Source: Deltaproteobacteria bacterium
Lineage (GTDB): Bacteria > Desulfobacterota > Desulfobulbia > Desulfobulbales > BM004
Length of the DNA: 41,472 nucleotides
Assembly: GCA_024639555.1 (NCBI GenBank)
Contig: JAHEID010000002.1
Span: 1 to 41,472 of the forward strand
Reading direction: 5' to 3'
Made by a program: the position numbers and the translations under genes
The notes under the pieces: model-generated
The model's database searches: none
Told to the model about the DNA's origin: nothing
What the model saw: only the letters and a program-made list of their open reading frames with translations
Part shown: positions 10,304-20,108 of the stretch, piece after piece
Numbering within the stretch: the stretch's first letter is position 1
Layout: each line of letters begins with the position of its first letter

Positions 10304-11236
10304 ATGCCTGACATCCGCCCATTGACCCTGGCAGACAGAAGCCTGGTTGCAGAATATCTGCGCACGTATCCCCCTGAAATTTCAGAGCAGACTTTTACCA
10401 ACCTCTTTATCTGGCAGCCTTCCAGGCCGGTCCTCTATGCCGAGATAGACAACTCCCTCGTTTTTCTCGTTAATGCTGCCCTGGAGAAAGGCAAATACAT
10501 ACTCTTCGGGCCGCCGGCTGGTGAAATCAGTATCCCGGAAGTTTTCTCTTCTTTTGGAGAGGACATTATCGGGGCTGTCCGCATTCCCGATACTGCTGCT
10601 GAAAACCTTCCCGCTCACGGCTTTATAATGAACCCCGATCGTGATAATGCTGATTATGTCTACCGGGTCGTGGATCTGGCTGAACTGAACGGCCGGGGCT
10701 ACGCAAAAAAACGCAACCATATTAAACAGTGCCTAGGCAGTCATGCCTGTGAATATGTCCCCATTACTTCAAAGCTCATTGCAGAATGTGAAGCCATGCA
10801 GGAGAACTGGTGCGATTCCAGGGATTGCGGGCGCAATCCCGGTTTATGTAATGAAGCCAATGCCATTGCCGAAACCTTTGCGCATTTTGATGAATTGGAG
10901 CTCCTTGGCGGCGCTGTGAGGGTTGATGGCACAATCCAGGCCTTTGCCATTGCAGAGGAGCTGTCCCCCGGAACGGCTGTCTGGCATTTTGAAAAGGCCA
11001 TGGCCGATATACCGGGTCTTGGCCAGCTTATTAATCAATGGTTTTCAAAATACGGCCTTTCAGGTTTTGACTATGTCAACCGGGAACAGGACCTCGGCAT
11101 CCCGGGCATGCGCCAGGCGAAAGAAAGCTACCACCCGCATCATATGGTTCCCAAAAACTGTATCTCCAGGTCCGTTGACCACCCCATCACTGCAAAGAGC
11201 ATCAAGGCTGAGGGGTGCGCGGCCCACGAACATTGA
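10304..11236 (+). CDS. DUF2156 domain protein (stand-alone homologue of the MprF/LysX C-terminal aminoacyl-PG synthase-type GNAT-like fold)
   Basis: 310 aa, soluble. FTNLFIWQ near the N-terminus and overall length match my recollection of DUF2156 proteins. Family assignment is from memory only. Confidence 0.55.
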   Translation: MPDIRPLTLADRSLVAEYLRTYPPEISEQTFTNLFIWQPSRPVLYAEIDNSLVFLVNAALEKGKYILFGPPAGEISIPEVFSSFGEDIIGAVRIPDTAAENLPAHGFIMNPDRDNADYVYRVVDLAELNGRGYAKKRNHIKQCLGSHACEYVPITSKLIAECEAMQENWCDSRDCGRNPGLCNEANAIAETFAHFDELELLGGAVRVDGTIQAFAIAEELSPGTAVWHFEKAMADIPGLGQLINQWFSKYGLSGFDYVNREQDLGIPGMRQAKESYHPHHMVPKNCISRSVDHPITAKSIKAEGCAAHEH

Positions 11237-11408
11237 TCGTTTCTGATTTTAAAAAAATAAATTATATTTATAAATTTAAAGACACTTTATATTATAGATA
11301 GATGTTTTCAAAATCAAAAACCCTCTTTCTCGGATCTACAGCAAATCATACAATCGCTCAATTTCAGCGGTTATTTCTGGTCTTTGTTTAAAATGTGAAG
11401 GGAACGGC

Positions 11409-13787
11409 TTAGGAATTCCGGTCTTTTTCCAGGGCGATCTCCAACGCCTCCTCAATGCCCTGCACCAGGTGAAACTTGATCCCTTCTTTCACATTGTCTG
11501 GAAGCTCGATAACATCCTTTTCATTGAGATGCGGCAGAATAATATCGGTTATACCGGCCCGAACTGCAGCAATCACCTTTTCCTTTATGCCGCCGACCGG
11601 CAGGACATCTCCCCGCAGGGTGATCTCACCGGTCATGGCAATATCCTTGCGTACCGGCCTGTCTGTATACAGTGAAGCAAGTGAAACCACCATGGCCACA
11701 CCAGCTGAGGGTCCATCCTTGGCAATGGCCCCCTCGGGCACATGGATGTGGGTATCTGTTTCAGCAAAAACCGAATCAGCAATAGCGAACTGTGAGGACT
11801 TGGAACGCAGATAGGTCATAGCTGCAGTGGCCGATTCCTTCATCACTTCTCCTAACTTGCCCGTAAGCGCCAGCCCTCCCTTGCCTGTCATTTTTGCCGA
11901 TTCGATGAAGAGGATGTCACCCCCTACCGGGGTCCAGGCGAGCCCGGTGGCAAGTCCCGGCCCCCAGGTCCTGGCCAACATCTCTGGAAAGAAGCGGATG
12001 GGGCCGAGATACCTCTGCAAATCCTTGGTGTCAACAACAACCTTTTCGGTAGAACCTGAAACGATGTCCTTTGCCACACCCCGACAAATTGCCGCCAGTT
12101 TCCTTTCAATATTGCGGACACCTGCCTCCCTCGTGTAGGAGCGGATGATATTACGGATGGCATCATCTGTCAGTTCCAGGTCATCTCCGGTCAAGCCATG
12201 GGCCTCGAGCTGTTTTTCTATCAAGTGTTCCTTGGCAATCATCAGCTTTTCATCTTCGGTATAGCCCGGCAACTCTACGACTTCCATCCTGTCGCGCAGC
12301 GGCCCGGGAATGGTGTCAAGAATATTGGCCGTGGTGATGAACATTATCCTGGAGAGGTCAAAGGCGATTTCCAGGTAATGATCCGCAAAGGAGAAATTCT
12401 GCTCCGGGTCGAGGACCTCAAGCAGGGCCGAAGAGGGATCACCCCTGAAATCCATGCCCAGTTTATCTATCTCATCCAGCATAAAAAGGGGATTGTTGGA
12501 GCCGGCCTTGCGCAGGCTCTGGATTATGCGGCCGGGCAGGGCTCCTATATAAGTTCTTCTGTGCCCTCTGATCTCAGCCTCATCACGGACGCCGCCAAGA
12601 GAGATGCGGACAAACTTTCTTCCCAGGGAACGGGCGATGGATTGGCCCAGCGAAGTTTTACCAACCCCGGGAGGCCCGACAAAGCAGAGGATAGGGCCAT
12701 GCATGTCGTGCTTGAGTTTTCGTACGGCAAGAAACTCGATTATGCGCTTCTTGATCTTTTCCAGGCCATAATGATCCTGGTCAAGGATGCGCTGGGCCTC
12801 GTCAAGGTCGATGGAATCAGTAGTGGAAATCTCCCATGGCAGGTCCAGTATCCATTCCAGATAGGTCCGGGCCACGGTGTATTCAGGTGAAGATGGCGAG
12901 ATCTTGGCAAGTCTGCCCAATTCCTTTTCCGCTGCTTTACGGGGTTCATCCCCTAATTTAGCCTCCGCTACCCTTTCCTTGAGGTCATTGATATCAGCAT
13001 GCTCATCATCCTCGCCAAGCTCTTTGCGGATTGCCTTTAACTGTTGGCGCAAAAAAAACTCGTGTTGCTTTTCATCCATATCCTCTTTGACAGCCTTCTG
13101 GATCTGATTGCTCATCTCCACAGTTTCAAGGCGCTTGGCAAGTTCTTCCGCCACCTTATGCAGCATATTTTTGAGTTCATTAATCTCAAGAATTGCCTGT
13201 TCTTCCTCCACGGCAAGATTCAACTGGGAGGCAATCAGATATGCGATATGAAATGGATCTGTTACGGTCATGACCGTCATGTACAGTTCAGGCGGCAGTT
13301 GAGAAAGCGTGACAAGCTTTTTGAACTGATTCCGCAAGTTGAGAATATAGGCTTCAACCTCCTTGTCTTCTAACACCTTCATTTCAATGACTTCGACCTT
13401 GGCCTTCAGGTATGGCTCCCGCACGGTATATTCCAGGATCCTGATCTTTTTGACCGCGCTCATAACCACCTGGTAAACGCCTTCAGGGGACTTGATAAGC
13501 TTATGGATGTAGCACACCACCCCAATGGCATAGATTTGCTCTGAAAGTTTTTTCGAAGGTTCTTTTTCTGCTACCTTTTTATGGGAAACTACGGCGATCA
13601 GCCTGTCAAGCAGCAGGGCGTCGTCAATCAGCTGCCTTGAGTTTTCATTGGAAACCTGGAGAGGAAATCCCATACCCGGAAAAAAGACAAAATCATTCAG
13701 CGGCAGGACAGACAGCTCCTCAGGTATAGGAAGTTCAGCGGGGTTGACACTGGCCTGTTTATCGGCTGAGACTTTATCATCACTCAT
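11409..13787 (-). CDS. lon: ATP-dependent Lon protease
   Basis: 792 aa. Lon N-domain, Walker A GPPGVGKTS, catalytic-Ser motif KDGPSAG. Confidence 0.97.
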   Translation of the reverse strand: MSDDKVSADKQASVNPAELPIPEELSVLPLNDFVFFPGMGFPLQVSNENSRQLIDDALLLDRLIAVVSHKKVAEKEPSKKLSEQIYAIGVVCYIHKLIKSPEGVYQVVMSAVKKIRILEYTVREPYLKAKVEVIEMKVLEDKEVEAYILNLRNQFKKLVTLSQLPPELYMTVMTVTDPFHIAYLIASQLNLAVEEEQAILEINELKNMLHKVAEELAKRLETVEMSNQIQKAVKEDMDEKQHEFFLRQQLKAIRKELGEDDEHADINDLKERVAEAKLGDEPRKAAEKELGRLAKISPSSPEYTVARTYLEWILDLPWEISTTDSIDLDEAQRILDQDHYGLEKIKKRIIEFLAVRKLKHDMHGPILCFVGPPGVGKTSLGQSIARSLGRKFVRISLGGVRDEAEIRGHRRTYIGALPGRIIQSLRKAGSNNPLFMLDEIDKLGMDFRGDPSSALLEVLDPEQNFSFADHYLEIAFDLSRIMFITTANILDTIPGPLRDRMEVVELPGYTEDEKLMIAKEHLIEKQLEAHGLTGDDLELTDDAIRNIIRSYTREAGVRNIERKLAAICRGVAKDIVSGSTEKVVVDTKDLQRYLGPIRFFPEMLARTWGPGLATGLAWTPVGGDILFIESAKMTGKGGLALTGKLGEVMKESATAAMTYLRSKSSQFAIADSVFAETDTHIHVPEGAIAKDGPSAGVAMVVSLASLYTDRPVRKDIAMTGEITLRGDVLPVGGIKEKVIAAVRAGITDIILPHLNEKDVIELPDNVKEGIKFHLVQGIEEALEIALEKDRNS

Positions 13788-13814
13788 GATATCGCATCCA
13801 TTCTCTCTTGATGG

Positions 13815-14240
13815 TTATGGAGTTGAACAACTTTTTGTTTGCTTTGGCAGTCTGATTTCCAGGATCCCTTCCTGGCACTCGAAAGCGGGCTCGTCAAACT
13901 TGACAGAAACCGGAAAGGAAACCGTTCTTTTAAAATATCCCATTTCGATTTCCAGCTGGTGAATGCAGCAGACATTGCCGCGCTTGGGCAGGTTTCTCCT
14001 GCCCTCGACAATGATGCGGTTTTTTTCTGCCGTGATGGCAAGATGGTTTATATCTATACCGGCTGTGTCCATGAGGATAATTATGTCATCTGTGGTTTCA
14101 TATACATCGACCGCCGGCTGCCAGCCCCCGCTCGAGGTCATGGGTATCATCCGTGTCAGGGAACTAGCTCTCAGCATCCTGCCCATCTGCCTTTCAAGCT
14201 CTTTGAATTCTTCCAGTATTCTTCTGTCAAAATCATCCAT
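13815..14240 (-). CDS. Small heat-shock protein (Hsp20/alpha-crystallin family)
   Basis: Alpha-crystallin domain (WQPAVDVYETTDDIIILMDTAGI...IVEGRR...LEIRLPK). ATG at 14240 with GGTGAAG upstream is preferred over the GTG at 14270. It lies 28 nt upstream of lon, so a probable hsp20-lon operon. Confidence 0.85.
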   Translation of the reverse strand: MDDFDRRILEEFKELERQMGRMLRASSLTRMIPMTSSGGWQPAVDVYETTDDIIILMDTAGIDINHLAITAEKNRIIVEGRRNLPKRGNVCCIHQLEIEMGYFKRTVSFPVSVKFDEPAFECQEGILEIRLPKQTKSCSTP

Positions 14241-14280
14241 TATCTTCACCTGCCTTAAAAAATACTGCACACTGGATTAC

Positions 14281-14305
14281 AGGGGGCTTCCCGGAAATCC
14301 CCCCT
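14281..14305 (-). promoter_or_regulatory. Imperfect inverted repeat in the hsp20 leader/promoter region
   Basis: Plus strand agggggcttcc-c-ggaaatcccccct, 41-65 nt upstream of the hsp20 ATG. It could be an operator or an RNA structure. Confidence 0.3.
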
Positions 14306-14522
14306 GGAAAAACGGTCTCTTTGTTCCAATCAAAAGGGCACATTTCATTTTGTAACTTACTTAAAATCCGGTAAATAAATCAAGCATAAACAAATTATTC
14401 CTGATGCCAAACCTTTGTTGGAATTGAAAAAGTATTTCTTATTCGCTTTTAAAACATTAAGCATTACAGTATATAAATACACCTTGTTTCAAACCAGTTA
14501 TTATCGGGGGAGGCTTCATATC

Positions 14523-15425
14523 ATGTCAGATGCATGTAATACATGTCCGAGTAAAAGCGGGGACCGGAAAGGGACCTGTGGCACTGTAAAAACTGCCAAA
14601 GCGGTACAGGACATTGCCATAACTTCAGCATTAACAAAAATTAAACGTAAAATTCTTGTCATGAGCGGCAAAGGCGGGGTAGGCAAGAGCACGGTGGCGA
14701 CGAACCTGGCCCTGGGTTTGGCAAACAGAGGCTTTCAGGTCGGACTCATGGATGTTGACCTGCACGGTCCCGATATCTGCCGCATGCTCAACCTCACTGA
14801 AAGGCTGCACAGGACCAAAGAGGAAAAAACCTCCCTGGTGCCGCCCATGAAATACAATGACAAGCTGAAAATCATGTCGCTGGAATACATGATGGATAAC
14901 CGGGATGAGGCCATCATCTGGCGGGGTCCTCTCAAGATACAGGCGATCAGGCAGTTTATCGCTGAAATTGACTGGGGGCAGCTGGACTACCTGGTTATCG
15001 ATGCTCCCCCCGGCACAGGGGATGAACCCCTTTCCGTGGCCCAGACCATTAAAGATGTCCAGGCCCTTATTGTTACAACACCGCAGGAGGTTGCCCTGGC
15101 TGATGTGCGCAAGTCCATCAATTTCTGCAAACATGTGAATATCAAAATCCTTGGGCTAGTAGAAAACATGAGTGGCTTTATCTGTCCCCACTGTGACAAG
15201 CCGGTGGATATCTTTGGCACCGGTGGCGGCAAAAAGACGGCACTTGAGTTTAATCTGCCGTTTCTGGGCAATGTGCCCATGGACCCGAAAGTGGTTGCAG
15301 GAGGAGATGCCGGCAGGCCGTATCTCTCCTCCGGGGCAGGTTCTGCTTCGACCAGGGCCTTTGACGAGTTCATAGATAATGTTATAGAAGAACTGCCGGT
15401 GAAAAAAGAATCGGAAGTTCGTTAG
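14523..15425 (+). CDS. apbC: Mrp/ApbC/NBP35-family Fe-S cluster carrier ATPase
   Basis: Deviant Walker A SGKGGVGKST and the CPHC motif. ATG at 14523 follows GGGGGAGG; the upstream part of the tracked ORF is A/T-rich and noncoding-like. Confidence 0.9.
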   Translation: MSDACNTCPSKSGDRKGTCGTVKTAKAVQDIAITSALTKIKRKILVMSGKGGVGKSTVATNLALGLANRGFQVGLMDVDLHGPDICRMLNLTERLHRTKEEKTSLVPPMKYNDKLKIMSLEYMMDNRDEAIIWRGPLKIQAIRQFIAEIDWGQLDYLVIDAPPGTGDEPLSVAQTIKDVQALIVTTPQEVALADVRKSINFCKHVNIKILGLVENMSGFICPHCDKPVDIFGTGGGKKTALEFNLPFLGNVPMDPKVVAGGDAGRPYLSSGAGSASTRAFDEFIDNVIEELPVKKESEVR

Positions 15426-15433
15426 GAGACAGA

Positions 15434-16072
15434 ATGCGTATTAAACAGATGACGGTCGGTATGATGGGGGTCTGCTGTTATATAGTGGCCTGTGATGATA
15501 CTAAAGAAGCTGTAATTATTGACCCGGGAGGCAACGAGGAGGATATCCTTGCTGCCTGCCAACAGAAAAAATTCACTGTTAAATATATCGTCAACACCCA
15601 TGGTCACCCCGATCATGTGTGCGGCAACAGGCGCCTTAAAGATGATACCGGCGGCGATATTGTCATGCATGCTGCTGATGCCGATTTCTTCAGTCAGGAG
15701 CGGGTGGAACAATTTTTCTCCCAGCTCGGCCTGCCCGCTTCGCCTCCTGTCGACAAACGTGTGGTTGATGGCGACACCCTGATCTTTGGCAAAGAAACAC
15801 TCACTGTCATCCATACTCCGGGCCATACTCCCGGAGGGATATGCCTGTATTCCGAACCCAACCTGTTCAGTGGTGACACCCTCTTTGCGGGAGGCGTCGG
15901 CCGCACGGATTTTCCCGGCGGCTCCACAGAGGAACTGCTGCACTCCATAAAAACCCGTCTCCTGGCCCTGCCCCCTGATACCATTGTCTGGCCAGGCCAT
16001 GGGTATGGTGGAGAACGCTCCACCATTGCCCAGGAAAAAACGGGGAATCCCTTTCTTGCCGGAGGCTGGTAA
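15434..16072 (+). CDS. MBL-fold metallo-hydrolase (glyoxalase II-like)
   Basis: NTHGHPDH metal-binding motif, 212 aa, downstream His/Asp ligands (HTPGHTPG). Confidence 0.85.
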   Translation: MRIKQMTVGMMGVCCYIVACDDTKEAVIIDPGGNEEDILAACQQKKFTVKYIVNTHGHPDHVCGNRRLKDDTGGDIVMHAADADFFSQERVEQFFSQLGLPASPPVDKRVVDGDTLIFGKETLTVIHTPGHTPGGICLYSEPNLFSGDTLFAGGVGRTDFPGGSTEELLHSIKTRLLALPPDTIVWPGHGYGGERSTIAQEKTGNPFLAGGW

Positions 16073-16075
16073 ACA

Positions 16076-17998
16076 GTGCGTGAGGTAATCCTCGGGACTG
16101 CCGGACATGTTGACCACGGCAAGACCAGTTTTATCCGGGCCTTAACCGGGATTGATACAGACCGCCTCAAGGAGGAAAAGGAGCGCGGCATCACCATTGA
16201 ACTGGGTTTTGCCTACCTTGACTTGCCCTGCGGCCACCGGCTCGGCATCGTTGATGTTCCCGGGCATGAAAAATTTGTCAAGAACATGGTGGCAGGCGCT
16301 TCCGGCATGGACCTGGTTGTCTTCATCGTTGCCGCCGATGAAGGTATCATGCCCCAGACCAGGGAACATTTCGAGATCTGCAGGCTGCTCGGCATACAGC
16401 GCGGCATTATCGTTATCACCAAAAAAGACATGGTTGAGCCGGATTGGCTGGCGCTGGTGATTGATGATGTCAGGACCTTTTTCGCCGATTCATTTCTGGA
16501 GGAGGCTCCCCTGCTCACGGTATCCTCCACAACTGGAGACGGTATCGAAGAGGTCCGGAACACCCTTGATACACTTGTGGCAGCATCGGACTTCTCTGCT
16601 GCGCATGGTCCCTTCCGCATGCCTGTTGACAGGGTTTTTTCCATGAAGGGGTTTGGTACTGTCATAACCGGCACTGCCATATCCGGCCGCATAAACACCG
16701 GCGAAGACCTCATGTTCTATCCGAGCCGCAAATCCGCTAAAATAAGGGGCATCCAGGTACACGGCAAAGATACCCAAGAGGCTGAAGCAGGCCACAGAAC
16801 CGCCATTAATATACAGGGGTTGGAAAAGGAGGCCATCAACCGTGGCGAAATGGCTGCTTCTGTAGATTGCCTGCAGCCATCCTACCTGCTTGATGCGCAC
16901 TTTTTCTACCTGGAATCCGCAAGAAAAAACTATAAAAACCGCACCAGGGTAAGAATTCACCTCGGCACGGCAGAGATAATGGGACGCATCGTCCTGCTCC
17001 ATGATGAGGAACTGGATCCCGGGTCGGAGGCCAATGTGCAGATCCTGCTTGAAGAGCAGGCCGGCTGCTGGCCCGGTGACAGGTACGTGATCCGCAGTTA
17101 TTCCCCTATCCATACCATCGGCGGCGGCATGGTCTTAAACGGTTCACCAAGGAAAAGAAAACGGTTCCGCGAAGAAAACAGGGAAATATTTACGACCTAC
17201 AGGGAAAACAACCCTGAGGATCTCGCCCTGCTCCATATCAGGGAAAGCGGCTACAAAGGCCTTACCCTGGACAGGCTTGCTGTCAAGATGGGTATTTTCG
17301 GCAACCGTCTCAAAAAGATTATGCAGCAACCGCTATCATCCAGGAAGATCATACTCATCGAACAGGAAAAACAACGCATGGTCTCCGCTGCGGTGTATGA
17401 AAAGCTGGGTATAAAACTCCGCTCTGTTCTTACATCCTACCACCAGAAAAACCCCCTCAAGGCAGGACTGCCCAAGGAAGAACTCCGCTCCCTGCTTTAC
17501 AGGAGACTTGACCAGCGGCTTTTTCAATTTTTATTAAATGACCTGCAAAAGAAGGGGGAAATTGCTCAGGACGGGGCATTGATTCGTCTTTCGGACCACA
17601 AGGTGTCCCTGAAAGAAGATGAAAAAATTCTGCGCCGTGAACTTGAGGCCTTCTACAAACAGGCAGATCTTGCTCCGCCGACCATCAAGGAAGTCATGGC
17701 AAATTTCGGCAAGTATCCCCAGCATCTGTTGAAAGAAGTCCTGGCTATTATGGTCCGGGATGATGCCCTGAGCAAAATATCAGAGGATCTATACTTTTAT
17801 AAGCCTTCCATGGAAAGCCTCAAAGAAAAACTGGTTGCCCTCCTTATCAAGCAAGAAGAAATAGATACGCCTGCTTTTAAGGAGCTCACGGGCCTTTCAA
17901 GAAAGTTCTCCATCCCGCTTCTTGAATACTTCGATAAAACAAAGGTTACCATGCGCGTGGGCGACAAACGTATTCTCAGGGAGAAACAAAATCAGTAA
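16076..17998 (+). CDS. selB: Selenocysteine-specific translation elongation factor SelB
   Basis: GTG start. [20 protein letters not shown] and a NKxD-like TKKD. Long C-terminal winged-helix region ending [19 protein letters not shown]. 640 aa. Confidence 0.92.
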   Translation: MREVILGTAGHVDHGKTSFIRALTGIDTDRLKEEKERGITIELGFAYLDLPCGHRLGIVDVPGHEKFVKNMVAGASGMDLVVFIVAADEGIMPQTREHFEICRLLGIQRGIIVITKKDMVEPDWLALVIDDVRTFFADSFLEEAPLLTVSSTTGDGIEEVRNTLDTLVAASDFSAAHGPFRMPVDRVFSMKGFGTVITGTAISGRINTGEDLMFYPSRKSAKIRGIQVHGKDTQEAEAGHRTAINIQGLEKEAINRGEMAASVDCLQPSYLLDAHFFYLESARKNYKNRTRVRIHLGTAEIMGRIVLLHDEELDPGSEANVQILLEEQAGCWPGDRYVIRSYSPIHTIGGGMVLNGSPRKRKRFREENREIFTTYRENNPEDLALLHIRESGYKGLTLDRLAVKMGIFGNRLKKIMQQPLSSRKIILIEQEKQRMVSAAVYEKLGIKLRSVLTSYHQKNPLKAGLPKEELRSLLYRRLDQRLFQFLLNDLQKKGEIAQDGALIRLSDHKVSLKEDEKILRRELEAFYKQADLAPPTIKEVMANFGKYPQHLLKEVLAIMVRDDALSKISEDLYFYKPSMESLKEKLVALLIKQEEIDTPAFKELTGLSRKFSIPLLEYFDKTKVTMRVGDKRILREKQNQ

Positions 17999-19667
17999 GG
18001 TTTTTGGAAACACCGGCGGTTTGAAAACTGCTCAACTCAAACATCTTGAGCGTTTAGGAAAAAAACGCATAGCTCCGGATCTCATAGTCAGCCATGAAAT
18101 GGCCCGGTCCATGGCTGAAATTTCGCACGATACAGGACGTCAGGTTGGTGTCCTCATCGACCGGGCAGGCCGGATCGACATGGTCATTGTCGGCGATGCC
18201 AAGCAGATTGTCATCCCTGCCCTCTCGGGCATCAGGTCTTCAGGAGGCCGTCTCAAGGGTTTACGATGCATTCACACTCATTTAGCCGGAGAAAACCTGA
18301 CCGATGACGACCTGGTCGACCTCTTATTCCTGCGCCTTGACTTAATGAGTATTCTCAAGATCCGACCCGACGGCCAGCCTGAAAAACTGTACTCTGCACA
18401 TCTAGTCCCGTCTCCCCGTGAAGGAAAAGACTGGGCCTTTCTGGAAGCCATTGCTCCCGGACAGCAGGCTTTCGGCTTTGATGAACTCATCACAGCCCTG
18501 GAGCAGGAATTTACCAGGCTGCAGCCGATCCGGGAAGTTGACAGGGGAAAAGACCGGGCCATACTGATAAGCGTTATTACCCCTTCCCGGTTTCAAGGCA
18601 GTGAGTCAAAGCAGGAGTCAATGGACGAACTTGTTGAACTGGCCCGGTCCGACGATGTGGTTGTTCTTGATACGGTTATTCAACAACGCAAAAAAATAAA
18701 TCCAAAATTTATACTCGGCAAAGGCAAGCTGGGTGAGATCATGCTTTCAGCCTTGAGGCTTAATGCCAACCTTCTCCTCTTCAACCAGGAACTCAATCCC
18801 TCCCAGATCCGTTCCATTACCGATCATTTGGAACTGCGGGTCATTGATCGCACCCAGCTCATACTTGATATTTTTGCCAGGAGAGCTCTAAGCCGTGAAG
18901 GTAAGCTGCAGATAGAAATGGCCCAACTAAAGTATATGCTGCCGCGCCTGACTATGAGAGATGACGCCCTTTCCCGACTGACCGGTGGTATCGGCGGCCG
19001 CGGCCCCGGCGAAACCAGGCTTGAGATTGACCGCAGGCGCATTAACGATCGGCTCGCCCTTCTTGCCAAAAAATTAAAAAAAGTAAGTAAGGAACGCTAT
19101 CAAAGACGATCACGCCGCCGCAAAAAGGGAATACCGGTCATCTCGCTTGTCGGGTATACCAATGCCGGAAAATCGACCCTTTTAAACACTCTTACCGAGA
19201 GCAAAATAACCGCAGAGAACAAACTCTTTGCCACACTGGACCCGACAAGCCGCCGTCTCCGCTTTCCACAGGATATAGAGGTAATAATCACCGACACCGT
19301 GGGTTTTATCAGTAACCTGCCCGATGAATTACTCCAGGCCTTTAAGGCTACCCTGGAAGAACTCTATGAGGCGGACTTGCTGGTGCATGTAATTGATGTC
19401 AGTAACCCCCGATTTGCCGACCAGGTTTCTGTTGTGGAGAAACAGCTGCGGGAACTGGAACTGGACAAAATCCCCTGCCTCAAGGTATTGAACAAGATCG
19501 ATCTGGCTGAAGAGGAATTCGCTGAAAAACAGTGCAGGGAATACGGGGCCGTTGCCTTAAGCGCACTTGATGCTGAAACTTTCGGCCCCTTTTTTGCTGC
19601 GGCCCGGAAAATTATCGGCAGCCTTGCAAACCTGGAGAATTTTGCAGATCACCGTTCAGTAAATTGA
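17922..19667 (+). CDS. hflX: GTPase HflX with ~200-aa N-terminal extension; start codon uncertain (TTG 17922, or ATC 17991 behind a good SD)
   Basis: HflX N-domain (KFILGKGKLGEI), G domain LVGYTNAGKSTLLN, DTVGF, NKID. See the finding on the start codon. Confidence 0.9.
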   Translation: MNTSIKQRLPCAWATNVFSGRNKISKVFGNTGGLKTAQLKHLERLGKKRIAPDLIVSHEMARSMAEISHDTGRQVGVLIDRAGRIDMVIVGDAKQIVIPALSGIRSSGGRLKGLRCIHTHLAGENLTDDDLVDLLFLRLDLMSILKIRPDGQPEKLYSAHLVPSPREGKDWAFLEAIAPGQQAFGFDELITALEQEFTRLQPIREVDRGKDRAILISVITPSRFQGSESKQESMDELVELARSDDVVVLDTVIQQRKKINPKFILGKGKLGEIMLSALRLNANLLLFNQELNPSQIRSITDHLELRVIDRTQLILDIFARRALSREGKLQIEMAQLKYMLPRLTMRDDALSRLTGGIGGRGPGETRLEIDRRRINDRLALLAKKLKKVSKERYQRRSRRRKKGIPVISLVGYTNAGKSTLLNTLTESKITAENKLFATLDPTSRRLRFPQDIEVIITDTVGFISNLPDELLQAFKATLEELYEADLLVHVIDVSNPRFADQVSVVEKQLRELELDKIPCLKVLNKIDLAEEEFAEKQCREYGAVALSALDAETFGPFFAAARKIIGSLANLENFADHRSVN

Positions 19668-19776
19668 GCCCTGTTTACATTTCAACAGGTCTCGCTGTAA
19701 TGAAAATAGACCTGGACAAAAATTTTCTATCCCAAATGATCGAGCACCCTTTCTCTGCCAGCATGCCTAGAATATT

Positions 19777-19974
19777 TTACCCAGATAAAAAATAAAAGCT
19801 GTCCCTGCTGCCCTCGGCCAGTCCATACCCGAGATAGATGGGCCCCAGGAATGTATCCACACCGATGAAAAGGCTGCCCGCAGTGACAAGAGTGTCAAAA
19901 TCAATGTCATCCTCATCCTGCAAAACGTTGCCGGCTTCCAGAGAGGCGCCTATAATGGACAGAAAAATGAGCAT
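19777..19974 (-). pseudogene. 3' remnant of an outer-membrane beta-barrel (Omp85/surface-antigen or patatin-associated barrel) gene
   Basis: Only 65 codons are open, and an in-frame TAA lies 4 codons upstream of the first Met. The sequence ends ...GVDTFLGPIYLGYGLAEGSRDSFYFLSG, which resembles terminal beta-strands of Omp85-type barrels. No N-terminal part is present. Confidence 0.35.
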
Positions 19975-20108
19975 GAAAATAGCTTATTTAACCGTTATTA
20001 TTGATGAATTTTTATATTTAAATATATTTACCATGAGTCTGACAAAAAGATCGAAAAATACATTTACAATAATATACTTTTATGTATAATAACGTAAATA
20101 AAATAGCC

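Noticed and set aside
12198-12890. Long antisense ORFs inside well-supported genes: 12198-12890 in lon, 15422-16117 and 15694-16197 in the MBL gene, 16490-17113 in selB, 3493-3960 in glmM, 36937-37503 in the PBP gene, 38107-38598 in mutL.
   Set aside because: Each lies fully opposite a gene with unmistakable family motifs. Their translations are low-complexity or Arg/Ser/Pro-rich with no recognisable motif and no RBS. They are typical shadow ORFs.
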